A DNA stretch of 63,197 bases, the filler included, from Guillardia theta CCMP2712 (Eukaryota > Protista > Cryptophyta): NCBI RefSeq assembly GCF_000315625.1. It is 4 parts of 4 records of this genome, joined end to end, with 100 filler letters (N's around TTAATTAATTAA, not from the genome) between each part and the next. Parts side by side here need not be neighbours in the genome. Positions count along the whole stretch, not along the records: positions 13,180 to 39,383 come from NW_005434585.1; 3 more parts are not named here. One strand, 5' to 3'. Of the stretch, positions 21,581-33,810 are shown piece by piece (the first letter of the stretch is position 1; every line of letters starts with the position of its first letter). Below the pieces are notes generated by a model. It saw only the letters and a program-made list of their open reading frames with translations. It had not been told where the DNA came from and did not search any database. Position numbers and translations under genes: made by a program.

Positions 21581-22836
21581 GAGGTGTAGCGGATGTTTGG
21601 TCTTGTACCGGTACTTATGATAGGTCAATCAGGGGGTAGATAACATACCCCACCCTCTTGAAAGGATAGGCCCTTGGATTCAATTGAGGGTGGGTGCTAT
21701 GAAAGCCTGGAAGATAAAAGCAAGAATAAAATCAAAAAACTATTTTTAGATCTGGTGTAGATCACTTTGGAAAACTTCGTACTATTATACAATATTTTTA
21801 ATAATAAACAATAGAAAAATAATTATACACTATAAATTATAAGTTATAATAAAGAGTACATATTTACATTTGACCGGGGAACTTAAAACATATTGTAAAG
21901 GTAAAAGTATGTTCTTAGTATTTTTGTAGAACTTATTTAATTTCAGTAGAGCTTTTTGAGCCTTGTACCTACACATAGTACTGGTAGATTGTACCATCAA
22001 CCCTACACGACTCGGTTCATTTGAGGTGTTAGGATCAGGTTCTATGAACCTATAGAGCACCTAGTCAGATAGACGAGGTGGGGACTAGGGAGCTGTTGGG
22101 GTGGGGGTACACAAAGCGTAGGGTGTCCATATTTGACATGATGTGATCCTGGGGTGGGTAGTTAAAAGACCAGTGGATTTTCCTTGGCATCTTGTTAAAA
22201 TTGTATCTAATTAGGGGGTGGTGAATGAATTGAGGGGGTAGGGGTCACAAATGAGGGGGTGTAGTCAATCCCCCAGTGCAGCTCCTCCGGCGACGAAATG
22301 TTTCAAAGATGAAGGATGTGTTTGGAAGGAGAGGGGGCGGGCAGGATGGAGGCTATCATGGGCGGAGAGAAGATCCAGATATTCCGAGCATATCGGCACA
22401 GCATGCCATGAAGAAGTGATCCTGCCAGGATAACACATGGCTCTCATCTCGTTGATGGCAAAAGTCGTTACTGACCGTTCAACTGTTACCTTCTGCAATG
22501 TTTTAATGCTTGTTGCTGGTTCGCTTTCTCTTCTTATTGCATGAGACAACATCTTCTTAGCGAATTTCAATGATATTGTGCGATTGAATATTGATGTGAC
22601 TCATCTATACTTGTAGTTGCGTTGTTGCAGCTACACTGTCTTTCAAAATTTGTGCTGTTTCATTTTTTCGAATCCACGTTGCTCCGCCTAGTGAAAGAAG
22701 CATTCATTATTTCTCTACATTGCTACATGTATTGTAGCATAGATCATAGAGAGATGTACTAGCGTACAAATCATCCTAATTTGACCATCAAACAAACAGC
22801 AGTTTTTGGCTGTTTTTTTGCTCAATGCTGAGGAGC

Positions 22837-22927
22837 TTTTTTGTTTTTGTTTTTGTTTTTGTTTTTGTTTTTGTTTTTGTTTTTGTTTTTGTTTTTGTTT
22901 TTGTTTTTGTTTTTGTTTTTGTTTTGT
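22837..22927. repeat. (TTTTTG)n microsatellite
   Basis: Directly visible, about 14 units. Confidence 0.95.
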
Positions 22928-23145
22928 ATTTGAAAAGAAGAGGTTCTTCGTCACTTTGGTTTTTAGTACTGTATCACCTTTTAGTGCTTCTTTAATTTTC
23001 TATTCTCAAATGTACCCGTGCATGTCTTCATGCCAGTTGGAAAGTGTTCCTGACCATCTCGATATGTTGACTGGAGCATTCTCAGGGACATTCGGGGTTT
23101 CCTGTGCATCCTTCAGGCTAGAAGTAAGATCTCAACAACTTCGAG

Positions 23146-24218
23146 ATGGCGAAGGCCTCGGGGGGGACGGGAAACTATGATTACCTGGTGAAGCTGCTGC
23201 TGATTGGCGACTCTGGTCGGTTGCGTGCTAAGAGGAGGGGAAGGCTGCTGACTGTATGCCCAACAAACAGGAGTGGGAAAGAGTTGTTTGTTGCTGCGAT
23301 TCTCCGATGATTCATTCACCACGAGCTTCATCACGACGATTGGTATTGACTTCAAGATCCGCACCATAGAACAAGAAGGTCTTGCTACTTTCCTTGAAAG
23401 CATAAACCCTCACGTGCTTGCGGAATGGTAGGAAAGCGATTGAAACTGCAGATATGGGATACCGCTGGTCAAGAACGTGAGTCTTTCTCGTTCTTATCTT
23501 TGCCTGTGTCTCTGATCAACTGAGTCGTTTACATGCCTCGCTCTGTTTTTCCATCGGTGACGTCGTCGCAGGGTTTCGAACCATTACTACAGCCTACTAC
23601 CGTGGAGCGATGGGTATCCTGTTGGTTTACGACGTGCGTACTGGTTCTCTGTCTACTCTGCCTCGTGACTCTTGTTCCTACTCAAGGTCACTGATGAGCA
23701 ATCGTTCAACAACATTCGTAACTGGATGAGACAAATTCAGCAACACGTGATCGTCTCCTGCCTCTCAGTTTGTGATCTCACAGGGTAGCAGGCGTCGGAT
23801 AATGTGAACAAGATTCTTATTGGAAATAAGTGCGACATGCTTGACAAGAAGGTGCTCTGCTATGAAGTGCCCGGCGGTTCTCATACAGTTCCTCAGGTCA
23901 TTGAGACCGCGAGAGGTCAGGCGCTGGCGGATGAGTTTGGCATCAAGTTCTTCGAAACAAGTGCAAAGAACAACATTAATGTCGAAAAGGCGTTCACGGT
24001 ATCCGGACCGTCCTCCTTACATTCTTGCTTACACTTGGTTGATTTCCAGGAGATTGCACGAGATGTTATGGTTCGACTGAGAGAACAAGTGTGCTCCTGT
24101 GGCTACATGTTTGCAAAGCTGATGATGAATGTAGGAAGCGAAGGATGGTGGGAAGAAGGGTGGAGACACACTGGACTTAGCTAGTGGCGGGAAGCAAGGC
24201 AAGAAGGGTTGCTGTTAG
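23146..24218 (+). CDS. RAB8: Rab8/RabE/Sec4-family small GTPase, multi-exon
   Basis: [85 protein letters not shown]. Confidence 0.95.
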
Positions 24219-24950
24219 CTGTTAACAAGCATCCACTTGTCTTGTATTGGATTCTTGATGATTGGCGGCAAGGACAACGATCGTGATATGTTATCTTTAT
24301 GCGAAGTTTAATCTTCTCCTCTAAGTCATAAACGTGGCAACTTTGCTTTGCTCTCCCCTTGCTGCGACCACGCTGACTTCGGACAGTCAATGTCCATTAT
24401 CTGCATCAAGATAATCAGCTCTTGACCTGCTCGTATGGATCGGATTACTCCGTGTACACTCCGTCGGCCTCCCCCGAACTTCGGAAGTTTGAGCCGCCAA
24501 GAAGCACTCCTCGTCGACTTCCGGAAGTCACGCGGGCCGGACCCGGCGTCCGGCGAAGACGGACGGTGACCCGGCCATACTGACGTAATACCAGTAGTGT
24601 TTCTGTTTGCAGGGAGGGGTAAGTTTTCCAGAGATTCACGGTCATTCAGGTGGTAGGGGTAGTCCATTGTTGTGGAAGGAAGGGAAATGGCGAAAACGCT
24701 GCGGGTGAGTGGAGAACATGGCGAAGATGGAAGTAAAAGGCGCCAGTTATGGAGCTGATGAGAACTATGACATGATCAGATGAAGGAAATGAACAGAATG
24801 AGCTGAAAGGCGATACCAATTAAAGAAGTATTCGAAAACAACAGACCGAACATGATCGAATTCTGAAATTTCAACGAATTTGGGAAGATACCTTATACAC
24901 ATGCCGCATGCTCTTGTTGCAAACGTTTGATCACAGACATGAAGTTGAAG

Positions 24951-27478
24951 ATGCGAAGTTGTTCTATGATGCCCTTGACTTCTCGCTTGTGGCATCGTGA
25001 ACTTCTCTTGTCCCTCTTGCTCTCGTCGCACAGTCTCATCATAGCAGTCCATCCAGGTGGACATGGAAGTTGATGTGATGGGATTGATCGTCCAGCAGGT
25101 GACGACAATGCCGGTGAGACAGGAAGAGAGCTGAGCACGAGGTTCCTGCCACAAGGTACAGCCGTCCTCACCTCATTGATGGCTGGGGTCCAAATGACCA
25201 GGCATGCAGGGGCCGATGGCAAGGTTATCCTCGTCGGTACTCTGGACGGGAAAATGCACGCGCTGGATAGTGAAGATGGAGCTAAACTTTGGGAGGTGAT
25301 GAGAGAGTATGGAAAGCGGTGTTGAAGAAGAAGAAGAAGAAGAAGAAGAAGAAGAGGCAGATGATGATGGAGATGATGATGGAGATGATGATGGAGATGA
25401 TGATGGAGATGATGATGATGATGATGATGGAGATGATGATGATGGAGATGATGATGGTGGTGGTGTTTGAGATCATAGCGACAGAGAGTAATTCGTATGG
25501 CAGGTCGACACGGGGGGTTGGATGGTTTCGACATATCAGAACAGCACTTCTATGGCGGGAAATGTCATCATCCCCACTCTATCTGGAGATATCTTGATTT
25601 ATTCTTGTCAGTATTTTCTCGTTGTTTCACGTTGTCCTCGCGTTTTGGTCATGTTTTGATTTCATCTTGTCACTCTCTGCCTTTCTTTGCATTACTTTCA
25701 TGTTTTGATTTTATCTTGTTACTCTCTGCCTTTCTTTGCATTACTTTCATGTTTTGATTTCATCTCTTCACTCTCTGCCTTTCTTTGCATTACTTTCATG
25801 TTTTGATTTCATCTCTTCACTCTCTGCCTTTCTTTGCATTTCTTTGAACGGGTGCTTTCTTTTTCCTCTACATTATCGGTCTTGAGTTCTAATTTTGCTT
25901 TCTTTCCATTAGCTTCTTCCCAAAGTCCTCTTCATAAACTTCCCGTCTCGCTTCACGATCTGGTTGACCACTCTCCGTTTGTATCCAAAGACGGATACAT
26001 GTATGTGGGAACCAAGGTACGTGCGCATCACTACGTTGTATGCTGCCCTTGTCCAGCCCAGCAATGATCTGTTTGTCTTGCATTACAACTCGAACTTGAT
26101 GGTGTATTGAAAGAATCTAGACGAGGATGTGTTGCATTTTCTTCTTTGAAAGATCTATCTGACAGAATTCCTCCCTCCTCCCCTCCCTCGTCCCTTTCCA
26201 TTCTTCCTCTTCTCCTGCCCCTGCCCCTGCCCCTTCCCCCGTTCCACCTCTTTCTCTTGCTCCTGCTCCATTCCAATTCCAGGCATCCGAATACTTCACC
26301 ATCGACGGTCGGACAGGAAGCAGCAGGAGAGCATCTGCCAACCCCCTCCAGCTGGACGCGAGCCCGGTAGCGGACAGAGCAGCGCAAGAGGCCGACTGGC
26401 GCCTCCTACTGGGCAGGAAGGACCTTCGGGTCTCAGCTATCGACCCCAGCACGGGGAGGATGAGCTGGAATGCGACTCTCTCCTTCTTCTCCGACCTCAA
26501 AGTTCGCTCGCTCCAGCAGGACTCTCTCAGCCCCCTCGACGACTTGGCTAAGCCCGTCCCCTTGAGGATCGTCACTACTGCTGGTGGGTAGCCCTTTCTA
26601 TCCCCTCTCCACTTACCCGCTCCTCCTGCTCCTGCTCCGCTCCCGCTCCCGCTCCCGCATCTGCTTCGCTTCTCCCCCTCGTCCCCTCTTCTCTTGCTCC
26701 TCCTGCTCCTGCTTCTCCCCCTCGTCCCCTCCCCGTCTTCTCCTCCAGCTCCTGCTCCTTGTTGTTCTGTATACCTTCACACTCTCTTCCTTGTCGTCGC
26801 CCCCCCCTCCTCGAGCTGACGTGGTGCAGGAGGTGGAGCGCATGCGATCGACCCGCACACGGGCGAGCGACGCTGGACGGCACATCTTTCAGCTCCTGTC
26901 CTGCGCGCCTTCCAGGTCTCCGGTGGCAGGAGGAGGAGCATGGAGGTCGGGGAGGTGGAGGTGGTGGCGAGCACGGCTGTGGAAGAGAATCACTACGTGG
27001 ACGAGGACTCGCAGCGGCTGCAGGAGGACGCGTTCCTGTTCGTCTCCTCGCTCAACCACCAGCTGTATGCTCGAGGCTCGGTGATCGCGGGAAGGATGAA
27101 GCCGCTGCTGCCTGTCTCGGCATCGAGGGATGGCGAGTACGGGGGGGAGGGGGAGGAGGAGGGGGAGGGGAAGGTCTGCACGAATGCCAACGAGGTTGGA
27201 GGAGAGCTAACGGTGTGGCAATCGTCCACTCCTTGTGGCCCCTGAGAGGTGAGAGGAAAGGGAGGGAGGGAGAGAGGAAGAGAAAGGGAGGGAGCGAGGG
27301 AGCGAGGGAGCGAGGGAAGGAAGGAGGGAGGGAGGATAAGGCATGGTGAGGAGGAGGAGGAGGGAATGAGAGGAAGGAGATGGAGGAGGAAAGAGGAGGA
27401 GGAGGAGGATTTAGAGAGGTTGATGGTTTTCGGCAGCCCAACATTTCCTGCATGTCTCACTGGCCTGCATGCTCTATG
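24951..27478 (+). CDS. Signal peptide plus IRE1/PERK-type luminal domain (5' exons)
   Basis: Hydrophobic N-terminus (RELLLSLLLSSHSLIIA); VILVGTLDGKMHALDSEDGAKLWE; KLPVSLHDLVDHSPFVSKDGYMYVGTK; LLLGRKDLRVSAIDPSTGRMSWNAT; AIDPHTGERRW..APV; LFVSSLNHQLYA; FGSPTFPACLTGLH. Confidence 0.8.
25650..25842. repeat. About 49-bp intronic minisatellite, about 4 copies
   Basis: actctctgcctttctttgcattactttcatgttttga repeated. Confidence 0.85.
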
Positions 27479-27707
27479 GTAAGCCTCCCCCCNNNNNNNN
27501 NNNNNNNNNNNNNNNNNNNNNNNNNNNNNNNNNNNNNNNNNNNNNNNNNNNNNNNNNNNNNNNNNNNNNNNNNNNNNNNNNNNNNNNNNNNNTGGCGATG
27601 AAGGGAAGGATACTGGAGAGAGAGGAAGGAGAGGGAGGAGGAGGAGGAGGAGGAGGAGGAGGAGGAGGAGGAGGAGGAGGAGGAGAGGAGATAGGGGGAG
27701 ACAACAG

Positions 27708-30606
27708 CTTGCTCCTGACCATGGCGGGAAGAAGGGGAGGGAAAGGCGAAAGAGAGGAGAGCAGTGGAGCAAAGGAGGAGAGGTCAGTGGCCTTGGGACA
27801 AGCCAACGTTGTTCCCTACATGGCGGCGAAGTATCATCTGTACAGCGAGGAGCGACCCTCTCCCAACTGCTCCTGCCTGCACCTCCTGCATGCAGACGGG
27901 CGAGCATGGCATCAGTGTTCGAGGAGGATTATGGAGTTAGAGGATCCAGCGCCTTGCTTCGCTCATCCCGCCAACCTCGGGGAGGAGGAGCTTCACCTGG
28001 TGTGCTATCGCATGCTCAAGACTGCAAGTCGCCTCCAGCCATCTGCCAGGGTCCATCACGACTTGGCGGTGCTCGTGCTCAAATTCCATGAACACCTCGA
28101 TGTGTCGCTCACCCATGCTGTCAGCCATGCTCGCACCGCCTTGTCCAAGGGGCTGGAGGACCCGAGGGACGCGTGGCTGGTGCTGGCAACGAGCTGGGAC
28201 GAGATGCGTCTGCCGAGAAGAGTCATCATGGCGCTCAGACGGTACCTGGACTTGAGCTGCAGTGGCGGGGACTGTCGGGGGGAGTTTGTAAGGGACGTGG
28301 TGCTGGACTTAGCGCGGTTGTGTCAGACTCGATGCGCGTGCTGGGAGACGTACAGGGAAGACCAGCTGCTGCTGCGAGCAACAGTCAAGTCTGAAGTATC
28401 GACCTGCGGCAAGAATGGAGGGGAAGCAACGGAGAGGATGGAGCAGAGGCTTCAGCCCTGGTTTCTGACGCTGTTCCCTCTAGCCCCCGAGGACGATCTG
28501 GGGAGCAAGAGGTGCCTGTCACGCAGACTGGCGGGGCAGATGAAGAGAGGAGGAGAGGAGTTGATGAGTGTAGGGCTGCCGGCGCTCGCTCCCATGGCGG
28601 GGAGGAGAGTTGTGTTGGGGTACCTTTCCAGTCACTTCACCCGGACCAGCTACCACGGGCTGATGAACGATGTTTTCAGCCGGCACGACCCGAGACGGTG
28701 AGGGAGGGGAGGAGCTGAACTTGTGCGAGTGACGAGCGGGGCAGGTTCGAGGTGAAGTACTTCGCGTGGAGTATGCAAGACAGGAAGGAGGAGGAGGCAG
28801 CACACAAGGGACTGACTGCTCTTGGACAGGAACCGTCCGTCTAGACCTGAGCTGCAGACGGCCATCGTCCCCTGCAACAGCACCCATCACCGCTTCGTCC
28901 TCCTCCCCCAGCTGGGCTCGTCCTGGGACGCGGCTCGGGTGATCAACGGTGAGAGGATTGACATACTTATCGACCTGCTCGGCCACCTACCCGTCCCCGA
29001 AGCTCGCAGGGCTCGAGAGGTTTCCCAGCTCCTTCCGAGGAGGCGCATGGAGCTTGACAGCAGCTGGGGCAGGTCGTCGCATTCGCCCCGAGCTCAACGG
29101 TGATCAACGCGGAGGGCTTTCATGGGACGACAGGAGACGACAATGTGCACTACAACCTCGTCGACCGTCACGTCGCTCCTCCTGAGCTCCGCTCGCTCTA
29201 CTCGGAATCCTTCCTCATGGTGAGGCTCTGTTGAGATCGGCCCCCTCCTCCCCAGATCCCAACTGTCCTGGTTTCCCTCCCCTCCTCCTCCTCCTCCTCC
29301 TCCTCCCTATCCTCCATCTTCACCTCGTCTTCCTCCTCATTATCTCTTTCGCTGCTTTTGCTTTCGTGTCCTCCACTGTTCCAACCTGACTCTTGCACTC
29401 AAGATCAGCACATCCTTCCATGTCAACTCGCACGCCGCAAACTTCCCACACCTCGCAACGGATGGAGCTCTGCTGGACTGCCGAGCACGTGAGAGACTCT
29501 TCAATCTTTCCCAGCTGATGGTTGTCAACCGCCTGTCATAATTCCCACAGGTGGCAGTCCCGTGGAGAGATCGGGGGCAGCTGGAGGGGGGAGGCGAGCA
29601 GACGTCGGGGTACCGCATGAGTACTTCAAGATGTGAGGCTGGTGGGTCAACGGCCCGGCTGACTGCGTCCTGCCCTTGCAGAGACCCACCGATCCTGTGC
29701 TGCTGGCTGGGGCTCATCGCGCGGATGAGGACGAAGGGGGTGGAGGTTTCCCTCAACTTCCAGCAAAAGGTCCACCACGAGGAGGCGATCGAGAACCTCG
29801 TCTCCTCCGCTGGACTTTGCGGGTTGAGGGGAATGAGGGACTCCCTCCGGCTACTCGAGCCCCAGCCGACTCAGCTGGACTACCTGAAGCTGCTCTGCTC
29901 GGTGAGAGCGTCCTAGTGAGCTAGTCAGCGTCCTCGTGACCTGGTCGTGCTGCTCAGATGTCGCTCATGCTCGACACTCCTTCCTTCAACGCTCACACGA
30001 CAGCCGTCGATGCTCTCTGGGCTGGCCTCCCCCTCCTCGCCGTGCCGCAGATCCGAATGGTGTACTCCTCCCCTTCCTCCCCCTCCTCCTCCTCCTCCTA
30101 TTTCTCCTCCTCCTCCTCCTCCTATTCATCGCCGTTGTCAGGCAAGCAGGGTGACCGCCTCCATGCTGCTATGGTCCAACATGTCCGTCCTAGTCGCACG
30201 AGACCTGGTCGACTACTCGAGGACGGCAGAGAAGCTCCTGGGTAAGCGTGTGAGGCTAGGATAGCTGGGAAGGAGGAGGGGAAGAAGAGGAGGAGGTGGA
30301 GAAGAGGAGGAGGAGGGAAGGAGACGAGGAGGTAGGGAGGAGGAGGAGGATCTGAGATTTCCCGCAGGCTACCCAGATAAACTGTGAGCATGTCGGTTGT
30401 CATAGTATCAGACTTGATGACGATGGTGCAGGGCGTGGGTGCGGCAGAGCTTGAAGGATCAGACGAGGGACGGGGAGGGAAGGGGCAGGAGACTCTTCAA
30501 CGTGTCCGAGTGGGTGACTTCCTTGGAGACAGGGTTGTTGATGTTGTTTGAAGTGCAAGGGCTGATGGGGAGGGAGGGGAGGAGATATGAGATTGTTGTA
30601 CATTAA
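27708..30606 (+). CDS. TPR-like region plus GT41 (OGT/SPINDLY-like) glycosyltransferase, multi-exon; probably the 3' half of the gene starting at 24951
   Basis: RVVLGYLSSHFTRTSYHGLMNDVFSRHD; ARVINGERIDILIDLLGH; GFHGTTG..YNLVDRHVAPP; MLDTPSFNAHTTAVDALWAGLPLL; ASRVTASML; LFNVSEWVTSLETGL..EIVVH*. Confidence 0.88.
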
Positions 30607-30686
30607 GAGCTGTACATGTGACCTCTGCTATGAGTCATGAATAAACTGAATGCATGCGGCATGATAATGGAAGAGGGCTACACGTG

Positions 30687-31004
30687 TCAGGAGACAGTCC
30701 TGTAGAGCGGCGTCCTTGGACATGAAGGCGATCTTGGATCTTCTATGAAGGAGCTTTTCATGAGATTGAACGGGCGGATGTTTTCAGCATCGTTGGAAGT
30801 CAGACACACCGGAGTTCTGACTACCGAAGGGGACCGAGGGTCCTGAAAGAGCTGGGGAGGATGTTTCTTCTTAGTGCTGCTAGTGATTCCCTCCTTTCCT
30901 CCTTCCCTCGAACGGTCTGCTGCCATGGAGTCAGAACCTTGGAGGTGCAACAAAGCTCTACCGTTTGCTCGCTTGTTCTGTTTGCTGCTAAATGAATTCC
31001 CCAT
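30687..31004 (-). CDS. Small protein with two DPRSP..RTP motifs (CDCA3/Tome-1-like), possible N-myristoylation
   Basis: MGNSFSSK start; DPRSPSVVRTP and DPRSPSCPRTP. Confidence 0.6.
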   Translation of the reverse strand: MGNSFSSKQNKRANGRALLHLQGSDSMAADRSREGGKEGITSSTKKKHPPQLFQDPRSPSVVRTPVCLTSNDAENIRPFNLMKSSFIEDPRSPSCPRTPLYRTVS

Positions 31005-33333
31005 GTTGTTTTCAGACAAGCTGGCAAAGAGTCACCGACGGAGAAGAAGCACAAGGCGACGAGGGAGAGGAAACGTCAATGGAACGAGCTAGAGAGAGGA
31101 GCCCAGGTAAGATGATGGCGTATACATGCTCAAAAAATATCATCATACTCCATACAAGAGTCAAGAATATATCGACTTAGATAGATGTCACTTAGAATTC
31201 AGACTCACGAATACAATCGTTGCATTACCTCCTCATTCAAATCCTTTCCCCCAACTCCCCTCCCCTCTCACCCCCTGCTTTCTCACACTCTACCCTGTAG
31301 TTCCAAGTCTTTCTTTCTCATTTTCTCCATCTCTCTTCTGTTCCTCCTCTCTCTTCTGTTCCTCCTCTCTCTTCTGTTCCTCCTCTCTCTTCTCTCCCTC
31401 CTCTCCCTTCTCTTCCTCCTCTCTTGCCCCTCTCCCGCTTGTATCCTCGTCTGCCGTTCAAGCTACCTCGTTTCAAAAAACTTTGTTACACGCCTCGGTA
31501 GGGTATGAGGGTGCAACCCTACTATTAGTAGGACCCTACCCTCTTTCTCAAAACAGCCATTGTTGTACCCTACCCTCTATTTTCAGACCAAATGGCATAA
31601 AATGACCCCTGGGTAACCACCCCTCCTACCACCCTGCTGTAGGAAACCGAGAAGGAAAAGTTCCAGCAAAGCGGACGATGGCTGGTTGGCTCGAAGGAGC
31701 GACAACGACAACGAGAAGAAACATGGGGCATGGCAGAGCTCAAGCTACCTATGACAGCATGCGAAAAACGTAGAAGTGCAACATCAGTCCGGTTGTGCGT
31801 GTGAGAGTTGGTTCATGCGGTATCATGGAGTGATTCAAAGAGAGAGTTAGAAGAACTTGTCTCCGAACCTGAGTTGAAAAAGTCCAGGACGACAAGAGAA
31901 CATCCATCCGGGATCTGATGAGATGATGGGGCTACGAATCTAATCAAGATCAGCAGGAGAACGCGAACACGGTTATCAAGGTCATGAGAGTCAGCAGAGT
32001 CACGAAGATGGTCGTCAGAACAGCAATATACAAGAGTAGCATGCAGACACGTCATAATACCAGGCAAAGAGGGGAACTCTGTCGTGTTGAGCTCTGCAGA
32101 GCTACTTTTGTGCCTTACAAGCATGCTACAGATACAAAAATGAAGCTCTTGAAGCGAAAGTCACGCAATCAGGTAGTATATTGAATTCCCTCTCCCACGT
32201 CTCATCCCACCAATTTCTCCTCCCCCTCCTTCCCTTTCTCTGCTAATTCCCACCCCCCCTCCTCAAACTCTGCATATTCAATCGCTCAAATCTACCCCCT
32301 ATTCCGAGGTCCAGTCGTGATGACCTTGGTCGTCAGCATGTCAGAAAGGTCTTTTCTCTCCCTCCCTCCCTCCCTCCCTCCCTCACTTCCTCACTCTATT
32401 TACACCTGCCTCGACTAACAGGTTTGGTTTCCTCAGTTAAGTTCCAGCAAAGACAACTTGGCCTTTGCTTCGCCCTCTCAGGGGGAGGGAAGGAGGAGGA
32501 CGAGAAGGAAAGGACCACCTACTCAATTGGGTATGGCCGGACAATTGAAACTGGCCTTTGTGTGCTGCTTGAAATGTCTTGATGTTAGTTGCTCTGTCAG
32601 CCGACAGCATTGCTCTGTAAGAGTTCATCGTTTTGCATCCAACGCATACACCAGGTCAGGTCCGATTGCTCAACGTGGCTCCAGGGCAGTCGATCGACTG
32701 CATACCGACCACACTGTCGAGCGCTGTCAACGAACTTAAGCATCATCACTGTGAAACAATATTCGGGCAACCGCGTCGCCGCCCACATAGAAAGCAGCTC
32801 GTTCAGTGCCTTGATCACTCCGAGCTTAGTAAGTTGACGATTGCCCGACCTAGACTTTCTTCTTGCATCTCTGTCGTTGAAATGGAAGCACTCGGATCGT
32901 TGAATTCCATTACCGCACCTGGTCCAGTCCGTACTGTATCCGGACTGTATCCGACATTCATAGTCAGTGACTGTGACCACGATCAGCCCTTTTTGGCAAT
33001 TATGCTCACATGCAGCTGAGAAAGATCACAATCGAGACCTTTCTTATGTCACTCACGATGTCACAAGTCAAAGTGAAGTTACCGATCAGTGCACATGTCC
33101 ACATCTCCCACAGTTACGTTGCACACGGCGTTTGTAATGGCAGAAAGAAAATACAAAGTAAGGATTTGACCTTGGCATTTATTGAAGTCACTAAGAGATT
33201 TTAGCGACGAGACAGCAGAAGACAAGCAACTTCATGGCTGCGAAGCTACAATTTTTTTCAAATGTCCCACCTCGACTCTTTGACTTGGTGTAGAATTATA
33301 ATACAATGCAAATGAGAAAGTTAGCTTTCTCTC

Positions 33334-33810
33334 TTATGAATAAAGGCTGTTCTCCAAATACTCGAGGGCTTCTTGGAAGAGCGAAGCGGATCCAATAGCA
33401 AGGTAGTAGCGGCTCGAAACGCCTTGGTCATGGTTGGAATCGGACTCTTCATCACTAGTGGTAGAGTTCTCTGAGTTCTCTGCCATGGTGTCGTCACTCG
33501 CTTCAGGCTTGGAAGATCTCTTTTTGCCTTTCCCACATCTCTTCCTGGAGTATGGCCAACGAGGCAGGCCTATCCTCCTGCAACCGCTCTTCAAGGCCGT
33601 GAGCGAAATCCCAAGATGTTTGGCCACTTCAGATTGCCTCATGTGGAAGAAAGTAGATACGAATTCCATGGTGAGAGTGACTTCGTCGTTCAACTTGTCA
33701 TCCCCGCCGCGTTTCTTGCGAGGGATCACTTGTACAATCGGAACTCTTTCACTGACACGGGATGGTGTGCTGCTAGAATGCTCCACTGAATTGAAATACA
33801 TGCTCGCCAT
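33334..33810 (-). CDS. RWP-RK domain transcription factor, copy C (divergent)
   Basis: FFHMRQSEVAKHLGISLTALKSGCRRIGLPRWPY. Confidence 0.92.
   Translation of the reverse strand: MASMYFNSVEHSSSTPSRVSERVPIVQVIPRKKRGGDDKLNDEVTLTMEFVSTFFHMRQSEVAKHLGISLTALKSGCRRIGLPRWPYSRKRCGKGKKRSSKPEASDDTMAENSENSTTSDEESDSNHDQGVSSRYYLAIGSASLFQEALEYLENSLYS

Noticed and set aside
22265-22570. 101-aa minus-strand ORF
   Set aside because: No recognisable motif or splice support.
31650-33200. Several short ORFs on both strands
   Set aside because: May hold an intron-rich gene, but I could not build a consistent model or recognise a family.
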